Below are positions 23,501 to 35,497 of a stretch of 64,000 nt of DNA, in pieces. A program made the translations under genes and the position numbers. The notes beneath the pieces are model-generated. The model worked only from the letters and a program-made list of their open reading frames with translations, did not search any database and was not told where the DNA came from. Position 1 is the stretch's first letter. Every line of letters starts with the position of its first letter. Origin of the DNA: Tubulanus polymorphus (lineage: Eukaryota; Animalia; Nemertea). Where the stretch lies: assembly GCF_964204645.1 (NCBI RefSeq), contig NC_134034.1:11668962-11732961 (forward strand). The letters are read 5' to 3'.

Positions 23501-26500
23501 TTGTGAGTGATTGTTGAGTCTCCCTGGATCGGGCCCTGTGAGTGATTGTTGAGTCTCCCTGGATCGGGCCCTGTGAGTGATTGTTGAGTCTCCCTGGATC
23601 GGGCCCTGTGAGTGATTGTTGAGTCTCCCTGGATCGAGCCCTGTGAGTGATTGTTGAGTCTTCCTGGATCGGGCCCTGTGAGTGATTGTTAAGTCTCCCT
23701 GGATCGGGCCCTATGAGTGATTGTTAAGTCTCCCTGGATCGGGCCCTGTGAGTGATTGTTGAGTCTCCCTGGATCGGGCCCTGTGAGTGATTGTTGAGTC
23801 TTCCTGGATCGGGCCCTGTGAGTGATTGTTGATTTTCTCTGCTGTAGAACCGTTGTTCATGAAGGGGATAGAGTGGGGAACGGAACGCGTTTACACTCAA
23901 CAGATCGAAGCCGCCGAATTCCTCTCGTTGAAAGTCGCCACTTTAGAACAGCAACTTTCAGACGTGGTAATTATTCACTAACGACTGAGAAATCATTACG
24001 AGATTCTGAGTTTGATATTGTTTCATACCTCAGGATCCAGTTCCAAAGTTCCGGGGCTGTGTTGCACAGACACGACCAGTCTAAAAGTACCCGCCAGTCT
24101 TAAATCTAGAGAACAGTGACTGCAATTAACTGATATCTATCTATCTCAGTGTAGAGTTAACAAATAAAAACCCACAGTTAGATCTATAAAAACAGTTTAT
24201 TTTCCTTACAGTTTCGAGGCTTTAATTAAACCTCATCAGAGGAACAAGTGTTTTTTGTTCCTCTGATGATGAGGCTTAGTTGAAGCCTCAAAACTGTAAG
24301 GAAAATAAACTCTTTTAACAGATCTAACTTAGGGTTTTTATTTGTTAGCTGAAGAATGGTCTTTAAGTTCTTAGATTGGTTATAGAACCAAAGTGAGCTT
24401 AGACTGGTCTTTAAGTTGTTAGATTGGTTATAGAACCAAAGTGAGCTTAGACTGGTCTTTAAGTTGTTAGATTGGTTATAGAACTAAGATTGTCTTTAGA
24501 CTGGTCTTTAGAATGTAAGCCATGACTGTGCAACAGACCCTGCGGATTATTACGACCTGATCTGTGAATCGTGTTCTAACTGTCGAACTGTGGTCCGTCG
24601 TGTCGTTTTGCAGGATGTCGCTGATGATTTGAGAGTTTTAGAGGATTGTTTATCGGTAACGACGGATGAATTAGTCAATCCTCAGTGGTCGATTATAATT
24701 CCTGTGTTCAACGAAGAAGACGTCATCGCCGAAACTCTGGATACGCTCTTTCAGGTATTTCGCAATACGTTCTTCTAAAACGATCGACCGACCCGTAAAT
24801 TATTGATGCTTTAAGTTGAGCGTATTCATTGAGATTTTCCTAACTGATACGCAGTTAACTCTCCATCTTGTGTGAAGATTATGAATTCGCTGATCAGAGC
24901 AAGTGGTCAGATTGATCAAAAGCGATGAAAATGTGTGTAAAAATTTGAGAAATTTCATATGAAGACATATGATCAGTAACCGCTTGCGTTATTGTGCCTT
25001 GCTCATCGAAAAAAATCGAAAAATCCTGGGGCTGATTTTACAGACTGGTATTACCTTTTACTCGGGGGCTTGCTCAACTCATTTTCAATTGAGTTAGCCC
25101 CTGGTTTAAGGGTAATACCGGTCTATAAAACCGGGCCCTCGTATTATGTTGTTAACAAATGTGAATAAAGCTGATGAGAAGATGTGAGATCATCAATCTG
25201 AGTCTCGCAGTCAATTATAAAAAGGTAGTTCATCTTCGTCTGAATTCATGGTCAGCGTTGGTATCTATTGTCAGCAACGCTGTCTTGATTTTGTTCCACC
25301 CTAGCCACCCCTCTCCCTCCCCGCCCTTCTCTCCCTCCCCCACCTCTCTCTATTTTCACCCCTCTCACTTCCTGCCCCTCTCTCTCCCTGCCCCTCTCCC
25401 TCCCTGCCCCTCTCCCTCCCTGCCCTTCTCACCCTCCCCACCTCTCTCACTCCCTGCCCCTCTCTTTCCCTGCCCCTCTCCCTCCCCGCCCTGCTCTCCT
25501 TCCCCGCCTCTCTCACTCCCTGCCCCTCTCTTTCCCTGCCCCTCTCTCCCTGCCCCTCTCACTCCCTGCCCCTCTCTCCCTGCCCCTCTTTTTCCCTGCC
25601 CCTCTCTCTCCCTGCTGCTCTCCCCCTGTTTTCAGTGTATGATTTTGTTGATTGTTAGAATATCGATGGCAGTAACAGTATAGAAGTGATAGTAGCAGAC
25701 GGAGGAAGCACGGACTCGACGATCGATAAAGTGAAACAAGTGATGAGTAATCATCCGGAAGCTAAATTCTCGCTCATGGAAACGAAAGCTTGTAAGTATT
25801 TTTCATACCGGTATCGTAGAGATGTGGAGACAGATAGCACGGCGGTCAATAATCGGTCTAACTCTCGTCTTGAAAATATGAACCGGTCTTATTACCTCAG
25901 AAAGATCATTTCATGTTTGTGCGAGTTAGTGAAAAGTCTGAGTTGGCTATGTCCGAGTAATTTTCATCGGAGTTGGCTATGTCTGAATAAGGCAAGACAT
26001 TAGCAGGATTAGCAATCTTCTTATGCGTCTCAGTAGTTTTTCTCGTGCTGAGAACTTTAAACGTTATGTGTGTGTGTTTGTAGGTCGAGGTCACCAGCAG
26101 AAGATCGGAGCAGATGGCGCTACCGGTGATATTCTACTGTTTTTGCACGCTGATACGCTGTTACCGCCGAACTATAACACGCTGGCCAGCGATTGTCTGT
26201 GGACGCCGGGCAACGTCGCCGGAGCATTTCAATTCAGTGTTTCGAAAACTGAGTGAGTTTTGAAAATATCCGGGAATCAAAAGGACTAGGGGTCCAGGGA
26301 CACCGTGCCCACTTGGGAAAAAATTTCTATATTCCATGCCCCCTGGTGAACATATACTAAACCAATGACCTGGAAACTCACCACAATCATAGAAAATATC
26401 ATGAGCTACAATATGCAATGGATTGTGGTAACAAAATATGTATAGGTATCAATATAAATAGACACATAGTATATGACTCCAATATTTAACTGCCCCTGGC

Positions 26501-28340
26501 GGCAAGAGCAATAAATTTGGTGATCCCAGATTCCTTGTGAGGAGATGTATCCTATCACTCTGCTAATTGATAATCAAATATAAAGTCTATAAGTTAAAAC
26601 ATGTTGATTTTCCACCTACGACTGAGGACTGATGACACTAAGATGGCCGGCAATTACGTGATATTTGACTGATCACAAAACCCATCTCACTTGCTGAAGA
26701 TCCCTTCTTGCCATTTTCTGATTTCAGATCATCTACCAAGTTCCAAGATTTTCAAATAAAAATGTTAGAATGGGGAACGAATTGCAGATCAAAGTATGTC
26801 GGTATGTGTTATCAGATTATCTTCTTCCTGAGACTTTCCGAGTCTGACTGACTTCTTCCTGAGACTTTCCGAGTCTGACTGACTTCTTCCTGAGACTTTC
26901 TGAGTCTGACTGATGTCTTCCTGAGACTTTCTGAGTCTGACTGACTTCTTCCTGAGACTTTCTGAGTCTGACTGACTTCTTCCTGAGACTTTCTGAGTCT
27001 GACTGACTTCTTCCTGAGACTTTCCCAGTCTGACTGACTTCTTCCTGAGACTTTTTGAGTCTGACTGACTTCTTCCTGAGACTTTCTGAGCCTGACTGAG
27101 ACTATTGGACTGATATTGTTTCCGTTCTATACATGTTACTGCTAATTTTTTTTAGAATTACCGTATGGAGATCAAGCTCTGTTCATCCGTAGATGTTATT
27201 ACGATAAAATCGGAGGAATCCCCGACCATCGGCTGTTCGAGGATTTTGTTATGGTGAGTTTATTGCAAACGTCGGAACAAACGAGCAAAAGAAATACGGG
27301 GTGGCGCCACTTACCTGGAGATCGGGGAACAGTCAGGGAATATTCTTTTCTTTTAAAAAGTCGGGGAATTTTGTAACAAAGGACTCGAAGTTAGGGAAAT
27401 TTGCTGAGAAAGTTAGATTGCATGTAAAATCATTGCGAGTAAAATCAAACGGTCTCTGTCTATGTCTTACATGATGTTGATTGATTGAATTCTTAGCAGA
27501 TCAAGTCAGGGAAAAGTCAGGGAATAGTCTGATCAAAAGTGGCTGACCTGAGAAAAGAATGATTTTAACATTTAACTGAATTCGTCCTGGCCTGCACCTC
27601 CCCTCTTCAGCAGCCTCAAAAACTCAGATTCAATGGATTTTGATTTTAGGTAGAAGCGGCAAAGAGAATCGGTCACATTGGAATAGTAGCTGCACCGTGT
27701 CAGACTTCCGCTCGTAGATATCAACGCAATGGCTTTTGGCGGGTGAGAATTTCTAATAAATGGCAATATGCTCGGTCTACTGTACAAAAAACCGCATTTC
27801 TTTGTGAATTTGGTCGTCAATGAGCAAAACTAACAGTCGATGAGGGATCATTTATTTATTCTGACATTTTTAAAGTTTTGATATTGGTAGAATTTTAATT
27901 TCATCGCGATTTATTTTCAGAACACATGTTTAAACAGCGCGATGATCGCGGCCTATAAATTCGGATATCACCCGAACGATATCGCTAACTGGTACTACGG
28001 GAAACCACCGACGGACACAGATCATCGCGAACTCGGCGAAGACAAATCCTCATCAGCAGACGATGACAGTCGTGGCGAGGAGGAGAGAGAGGAGACGACC
28101 GGTAGTCAGGTGACGGTAGACGCATCGACTCCAGATAGCCGGGTAGGGGAAGCAGACGTCAGCCGGGGTGGGCAAATTGATGTCAGCCGGGGAGGGGAAG
28201 CAGACGTTAGCCGGGTTGGGGAAACAGATGTCGTCCAGGGAGGGGAAGCAGACGTTAGCCGGGGTGGGGAAACAGATGTCGTCCAGGGAGGGGAAACAGA
28301 CGTCAGCCGTGTAGGGGAAGCAGACGTCACTTCCAATTAA
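20579..28340 (+). CDS. Fused TIGR04282/DUF2064-like transferase + TIGR04283-like GT2 glycosyltransferase (families linked in bacteria to arsenosugar biosynthesis), 11 exons, 591 aa
   Basis: Exons 20579-20728, 21110-21341, 21949-22095, 23848-23966, 24614-24754, 25659-25791, 26084-26252, 26728-26801, 27156-27253, 27650-27742, 27921-28340 = 1776 nt, GT-AG, frame-consistent. N-domain motifs: TRYPSPGSCKTKLIPAIGGRGAA, QQTGLNLG, VVGSDIP, IGKALDGGYYLIGL, LFMKGIEWGTERV, LSDVDVADDL. C-domain motifs: SIIIPVFNEE, EVIVADGGSTDST, ATGDILLFLHADTLLP, AGAF, LPYGDQALFIRR, GGIP..LFED, TSARRY, YKFGYHP..IANWY. Confidence 0.88.
21555..21880. repeat. 79-bp tandem repeat (about 4 copies) with a CTCF-like motif
   Basis: ggatcc at 21563, 21642, 21721. 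GCGACACCTGGTGG is the reverse complement of CCACCAGGTGTCGC. Confidence 0.85.
22432..23832. repeat. 35-bp minisatellite (about 40 copies) filling much of intron 3 of the transferase gene
   Basis: Unit gagtctccctggatcgggccctgtgagtgattgtt. Confidence 0.97.
24156..24349. mobile_element. Hairpin with degenerate hammerhead motifs on both arms, nested in a family B MITE (about 24054-24540)
   Basis: Plus arm 24260-24301: CCT-CTGATGA-T-GAGGCTT-agttg-AAGCCTC-AAAA-CT-GTA-AGG (G12 mutated). The minus arm keeps GAAA but has a small deletion after the core. Confidence 0.6.
25297..25632. repeat. Polypyrimidine low-complexity tract (G-rich on the - strand)
   Basis: Repeated ccctgcccctctc motifs just upstream of the exon 6 acceptor. 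Confidence 0.9.
26821..27098. repeat. 31-bp minisatellite (about 9 copies)
   Basis: Unit cttcttcctgagactttcYgagtctgactga. Confidence 0.92.
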
Positions 28341-29191
28341 TCTATTATTGTACTTAAACTAGAATTTCAAAAGATTGATCAGATTTGTTACCTGGGTCCG
28401 CAGACCCCTCATTGATTACCGACAAAATATATTTCAACTCGTAAACGATCACATTTTCCAAGCAATTGATCAAATGAAAAGGATGATTAATCAAGAGTTC
28501 AATGTAAAATGATACGAAGTGTTCACATGAAGAATTGGCATGGAATCAATTAACGGTACTAGTTTCAATTTCTCTTCTGCGATCAAATGTTGTGAAGATT
28601 GTTTGTTAGATGTAAATAGATGCATTCAGCAATATCTCGTCGATTTGAATACGGCCCCCCATCATGTTCAGCGGGAGTTTACGATATGCGCGTGGCATTT
28701 GCAATTCGCTGAACGTTTGATATCTAAAAATCTATTCCACAACAATTTCATGGCTTATCATTCGTAGTTCCCGACGTCCAATCTCGGTTGTGATTAACCT
28801 GCATTTTGTGGCCATCAAACCGCTCAAGATAATTACACCACTCAATAATTAGTTCAAAACTACAGCTTTTCTATACGTATGTTTGTATGTTTGTATGTGT
28901 GTTTTTTGTGCCATAAGGATTTTTGCTTGCAATTCGTCAAAGCTTTCCTTTTCACTCTACCGTGTATATCTGCCAACTATAGACTTATCGACCTACCATA
29001 GGCTTGTATGCCGACTTGTCTGCCTACTGGTACATTTCTGTTCGTACCTCGCTCAAAATTATGAAAAATACCCTTCGAATATTGAACTTGTTTCGACTAG
29101 TTTTACGTAAATGACAATAAACCCTGGCTCCTTGGGTTCCATGATGTAGCCTATTATGTATGTTCGCGTAGAAGGCAAGTCTCTGGAGCAA

Positions 29192-29364
29192 GGGGTCATT
29201 CATTTATTACGTACGCATTAGGGGGGGAGGGATCAGTGCTTTTGTGCACTGTAATGCTTAATGTAAACGAAAGAATGGTCGAATGGTATACGAAAGAATG
29301 CGTGCAGTGGGTGAGGGGGTGAAAAATTCAAATTTTATGCGTACGTAATAAATGAATGATCCCC
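29192..29364. mobile_element. Small MITE, second copy of the 2497-2660 family
   Basis: GGGGTCATTCATTTATTACGTACGCA...TGCGTACGTAATAAATGAATGATCCCC. Confidence 0.75.
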
Positions 29365-29994
29365 GATCTGACAATTCTGCAAAAAATCATTCCTTAAAGA
29401 CAGGAAAAAACGGTTAAAATCATGTTATTCTGATAATTAGATTATAATTTGATATCATTGTAAATATATGTAGTATATTTAATAATAATACGTGCTTTTC
29501 ATTGATATTTTTATTAAGTTTATCGAAGAAATTTCGGGTCGTTTATTTAAATAAAGAAAAAATGACAAAATAATATAATTTTGTATATCGTATATTCGTG
29601 TAAATTGTTCACTCGTTAAAAATGGGAGAAATAAAGATTTAATTTAAATAGTTGAATGAATTTTTACGGATTATTTTCCTTCTTTCGAAGGGAGCCGGTT
29701 CAAATTTAACCGTTTAAACTTCAGATAGATTTTTGGACCACTGAATATTTGCAAGGAGGATTCGGACAATAGTTTATTAGATCTAGGGAAGCTGGGTGGA
29801 AGGGTGGAATAATGATGTCATATGGTGAATTACGATTCCTATCAACGTGGAAATAATAGATTGCAATGCATCGAGGTAAGTTTGAAAAATGGTTTCTGAA
29901 CCATTAATTGTAAAGTCTATGCAGGTTTAATTGTGATATGTATTTTAATTTCAGAATGATAACATCATGCTGTAATCAAAGAGAATATAAGCAT

Positions 29995-30141
29995 AGGGGC
30001 TCGTATCAGAGTTGTAGGTAATGTAAAAACGATAATCTGTTAATCCAATGTATATATAAAATAATTATTTTATATATACTATATACATTGGATTAACAGA
30101 TTATCGTTTTTACATTACCAACAACTCTGATACGAGCCCCT
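29995..30141. mobile_element. 147-bp hairpin (MITE-like)
   Basis: AGGGGCTCGTATCAGAGTTG...CAACTCTGATACGAGCCCCT. A half-copy (ggctcgtatcagag...gtaaaaacgataatct) recurs in each 1436-bp macro-repeat unit. Confidence 0.75.
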
Positions 30142-30760
30142 GTGAATATAAGAATCAGCACTAGCTGTCATGAAATGAGATTCCAAATAACAGGCGGTGA
30201 AACTCCTTGATTCTGATAAACTCCGAGTACCAGGTAAATTATCAGCGGATTTATCTGATACTTACAGCAATTAATGTCTTGCCGTCCATTGTAAAGGGCA
30301 ATTTTGATATCGCTCGAAGCTATGCAGATTCGAAGAGACGCCATCTTAACAAGGAAGTAACTTACTACTTTACATGTTTGGCCTTACTTGACAATTCAAT
30401 TCAATATATCTTTATTATTCCGTAATGCTTTATATTATTGGTTTTGCACAATAAAGATGAGAAAAAAAGATGAAAAACAGTATAAAATATTAGAAATTCC
30501 TTAACAGTTTTTACTTTTTGTACATGATAGGAAATTATATACATATCTGGCATAGTTACTAGTAAGTGTGACCGGCCTTATTTCCTCTATCGAATGACAG
30601 CAACCGATCGATTTCGGGGTTCTGGAGATCCACTTCTACAGCTGTGTTTCGCCGACTCCTCACGGTCCGAGACCAACAATAGCCAAGACAACGATCGACA
30701 AACCTGCGGCAACAGGAATAAACAATATATAAGTTTATTAACACACATAGGTGTTGTCGG

Positions 30761-33429
30761 GGCTCCTACTAAAAGCCGACCAGCGCCGACCAGCGCCGAC
30801 CAGCGCCGACCAGCGCCGACCAGCGCCGACCAGCTATCAAAAGCGCCGACCAGATACGCTTACCAAAACGGATAACAAATTCTTAAATTGAAATAATAAC
30901 TTTTATTTTTATCTTTTTACTTTTATCTATTTAACACGATTAACTCGATTGATCGTTTAAACTAGTGTGTCGGCATCAAAAGTCAAAAACAAGATACTTA
31001 GAGCTACAATACATTTGCAAAGAAATACTTATTTAACTTTTTTCATTGAATTAAATAACAGAAATATACCAATATACAAATTTACATGTTAACAATTTAC
31101 ATTCAGGCTTATATTCACTATATTTCTCAGATCTGAAATTTACAACGGTTGATAGTCTGATAGTTTGAACTTTGTCATCAAAAACATGTTGAGCTACAAT
31201 AGCAATACTTTAACTTTTTCAGTGAATTATTAATTACAAAAATATATACAAATTTACAAGTTTACAATTTACATTAGGACTATTTCACTATTATAGTGAA
31301 ATAGTCCTAAAATTATACACGTTAACACATATCACTGATATTTCTATTAACCTAACCTTAATTTTCGACTTTTTGAATTTTCCGATTCGCCGTTCTTTCA
31401 CTTTTTACGCGTTTCCTCTGACCTGGTTTTTTTGCAATATTTCCGGTTTTAGGAATAGTCAGCAGACCATCTGTTGATGTCATTGTATTAATTGGTTTTG
31501 TTGGCCTTATCGTGGCTTTCATGAATTTCTCAAATAGTTTTTTTTTTATCGTTTTCAGTTTTTTGAGTCCAAATGGCATGGCTGACAGTATAGCTTTTTA
31601 ATTTTGATACGATTTCGAAGTTTCCTTGGTTGTGAATAGCTCTGCGAATATCGATATATTGTAGTTTCACCATTTTATGTAATTCCTCGATTAAGTCCGG
31701 AATCTTTAATATCTTCCATTTGGTTGAAAGTTTTATGATACTGTTAATTGTCTCGCAATTGTTGTTGGTCCAACCGATTGAATGGACCTTTTTCACGACT
31801 GACGGAAAGAACACATACTGCTTTAGTCGCGGTTCCAGTTTGTTGAAATAGGCTATAAACTCTGGTGCTGATTCCATTATGTCTGCCTTTGTTTCAATCA
31901 TTTTTTGTTCGTATTTGAATTCGTCATCCTGATGCAGCGCTCTACTTTTACCGAATATCGCATCGACTATTCTATCTTTAACTTTATCGTTGACACCAGT
32001 TTTGTGCAACAAATGTCTTTTTACATTTTCGATAAGATGCCGGTAACACAATATTTGATTAGCGGAGGGGAATGCCTCTTTTACCGCCTTAAGCAACGCT
32101 TTTTCTTCATCAGAACCGAAAGTCAGAGATTCACTGTAGGCGATTTCAGTCGTTGTGACTTCCGAGTCAAGCTTCCCTTTGATGTGTGCGAAGAAATGCT
32201 GATAGGTTTCGGTTTCCCCGTCCCAATGTAAAAACAGAGGGCCGATGAATATCGGGTGTTCCTGAGTTTCCCGGCGAAGTAAATGTGTATTCTTAAAAAC
32301 GGTAATTGTCAAAAAACACGCACCAACGTTAAATGTCCTGTCAACACCAAGGATAGATCCAGACTGTACACAGAATGTACGAATGTCTTTAATTTGTTGG
32401 TCTGTATATAGAATAGCCATTGGTGGTTTTCCTTTCAATGCGAACACTTCTCGTACAAAATCGTTTTCATGAAGCATATTAAAGAGTTGTTGAATGTCAT
32501 CGGCGACATTTTTCCTAGTCAATTAGTCAATGGAATTGATATATTTATAAGTTTATTTTATGTCCATTAATCTTAAAGTCAATTGGTCAACGGGTCATTG
32601 TTTTAACAGATCAAAAGAATTACTCAATTGGTTTTTGATGACAAGCCCAGTAAAATTCAAACGGTTTAAGTAATTATATCTTAAAGTTGCGTGTGTCGAA
32701 TGATTGCACACATCTAATTAGTGGATGATCACAGTTATTTTATTCCTTTCATCAGTAATTCCTTTCTTTTATTTAATTGAGAAGTGCGTTCTTGACTTCA
32801 GTTCACATGCTACTTCCCCTGGACCAATGATCAAAGCTGTTATGAACGTCCTTATTAATTTTAGCGCGTGTACGTGACGAGAGTAGTCTTGCGTAAAAAT
32901 CTATTAGGCAAATATCATACGAGATGTATGATATACACATAAACATACATGAAAAAGAAAGAAAGATTTTAAGTTGTTTGCATTTTCTTTTATTTCAAAT
33001 AACGATAGTATATGAAATCCCAGTCATATTTAATGCAAGCTTAACATGAAAAAATAAACCTGATCAATATACCAATTTCAATTTAATTTTGCCATATGAA
33101 ATTATAAATCTAAAAGTACATCAGACAGCAGAATACATTTTAACGAATATTGTCTTGGACATGAAAACTCAGTAAAAAATTAACACGAACACAATGCAAT
33201 CCAAGTAAATATAACCATTTGAATCTAATTTTGCATGTAGTCATAGGTAAGACAGCAGCATACATTTTTAACGAATTGTCTAGGAAATCGGGGCTTGGAC
33301 GGCGCCGGTCGGCGCTTGGACGGCGCTGGTCGGCGCTTGGACGGCGCTGGTCGGCGCTAGTGGGCGCTGGTCGGCGCTGGTCGGCGCTAGTGGGCGCTGG
33401 TCGGCGCTGGTCGGCTTTTAGTAGGAGCG
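30761..33429 (-). mobile_element. Mutator-like (MULE) DNA transposon, 2.67 kb, with tandem-repeat TIRs
   Basis: TIR GCTCCTACTAAAAGCCGACCAGCGCC at both ends with subterminal (CCGACCAGCG)n; 8-bp TSD GTTGTCGG at 30753-60 and 33430-37. Confidence 0.92.
31358..32522 (-). pseudogene. MULE transposase, N-terminally incomplete, frameshift near 31540
   Basis: DDE motifs GVDRTFN, GSDEEKAL and TNNNCETIN, plus CYRH (CxxH). The C-terminus continues in another frame (KKPGQRKR) across a poly-T run. Confidence 0.85.
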
Positions 33430-34697
33430 GTTGTCGGTAAGGACAACAAACAATGAATAATTGCCGCGAAAAACCAGAACGCCACCTACTTAGAAAAAGG
33501 ATGGCAGCACTGTACGGAACGGTTTCCCCTACAAGTTCACCCGGTTACATAAGTATTGTTTCTTTATTTACAGCGGGTTTGTTTTGCTAAGCCAAATATA
33601 TTTGCCAAGGTTATGAGGCATCAGGGGTGAAGACATAATGGTGATAAATTAGTTTTCAGGGGTTGTAAATTTCTGTTCGGAAAAATGGGTATCAAAACAT
33701 TTAATTAGTTCAACTCTGTAGCTATCAAATTTGGTACACTGCATAATAAAATGACATGCATGGAACAAGCCCGGAGTTGTCTGGTTTCCAAACATGTAGA
33801 CGTTGACCCTTGACTAATCCCTTAGGAATTTACTATTGTCTTGAAAACTAAATCCAAAATATTTCTAATTAATCCGAGACATACGTACACTGAACCTGTA
33901 CCAAAAGCAAATTATGAAACGTTAAATGATCGTTAAGCCAAAACTTGTCCGTTTGTGAATTCCTAGTGAACAATAGCAAATATAAATCATTAGTCGAAAC
34001 ATGCCCGTTTAGGAATTCCCAGTGAATAGACTTGTATGTCTTATGAACATACAACTGCTATCGATTTACGCACGTTTTATAAATATCAAAATTTGCCTAT
34101 CATAACAATACAGTCCTACTTTCATATTCGAGGGGATCACCGATTGATGTTATTACATATCGGGGAACTTTGGTTACTGATTGCCTTCAGCCAGTTTTGA
34201 TTGCATTGACATAATGAAATGAAAATGGCGACGCGGTGTATTTGAGTGCAGCGTATAACAACATCAGACGATGAAGTTTTGGCCTTTACCATTTTCTAAT
34301 ATTCTTGCTTATCTTTTTCATTTCTGATCAATACCATCCGATAAATTAACTATTCAAGTGTGAAAAAACCATTTTTTTTTCAATTAAAATGAGTGTATCT
34401 AATGACCTATCGAAACTGGGATAGTGTACTAAGGAACATTTGCTGTTATGAACCGTATAGCAGAGCGGGTTCATTTCTGTTCGATCTGTCATTACACATC
34501 CCGATTACTATTCATTGGTTTCTGCTCCTTCGTTTTTCTCTTCCCGAGTAACTATAGAATGTTGCCGGAATAATGATTAAGAGGCGATGTTCAATCTTTA
34601 TTCAACCCTGAAGCCGCTTAAACGTCAACACGCCAACGAATCCGATCTATCGTCGCCGGCACCAGTTGAGACAACGACACCAAGAGAATTTGCAATA

Positions 34698-35109
34698 CGG
34701 AAGCGATAAGGGGCCTCGAGTTGTCGCGTTCCAACTCGACAAGTCGCCATATTTGTGTCGACATATCGCGATATATCGCATCAAGTCGACATGAATATGT
34801 CGACATATTGTGACGTTTACATGACAAATTTCGCTTTTTTGCCCATTTTCCTCGGGACAAGCCGTCATTTGAAGACATGTGTAAATGTAAGATGAGGACA
34901 CCAGTAATATGACGACTGAGTTTCAAGTCGTCATGAATATGTCGACTTGTCGCGAGGAAAGTCGTCGAAAAAACGAAATATGTCGTGAAAACGTCACGAT
35001 ATATCGACATACTCATATCGACTTGACGCGATATATCGCGGTATGTCGACATAAATATGACGACTTGTCGAGTTGGAACGCGACATCTCGAGGCCCCTTA
35101 TCGCTTCCG
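34698..35109. mobile_element. CpG-rich palindromic MITE family D copy 1
   Basis: CGGAAGCGATAAGGGGCCTCGAG...CTCGAGGCCCCTTATCGCTTCCG with TA on the left. Confidence 0.85.
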
Positions 35110-35497
35110 TTCCGTAATACATAAACAGCGATACATCACAATAATTATAATATGCATTCAATTTTATTATCCTAGTTTCTCGTAACATTCGTAACATTTC
35201 TTTAATATCTGTGTACATAATTCAGAATATGAATTAGTAGCATGGAGTAATTGCGTATAAAATCATATCCAGTAACATTTCGACACATTTCCCATACCGC
35301 GATATATGTAATCTCAACAACATTTTTTTCGTGTGTTTAAGGCCTTGAAAGTACGTGTTACAATGTACCTCCAATGATGTCTGAAGCGCCGAGAGCACTT
35401 CTGGTTTCGTTTTCATTATCGTTACCACAACTTTAAATTTAGACAGAATTCACGACTTAAGATTTAGACAGAATTTACCCGAATATACAGCTTTTTA

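Noticed and set aside
25174-25683. 169-aa Pro/Ser/Leu-rich ORF
   Set aside because: Polypyrimidine low-complexity intron sequence.
20579-28340. Bacterial contamination as the source of the transferase gene
   Set aside because: Ten spliceosomal introns containing the same MITE families as neighbouring animal genes.
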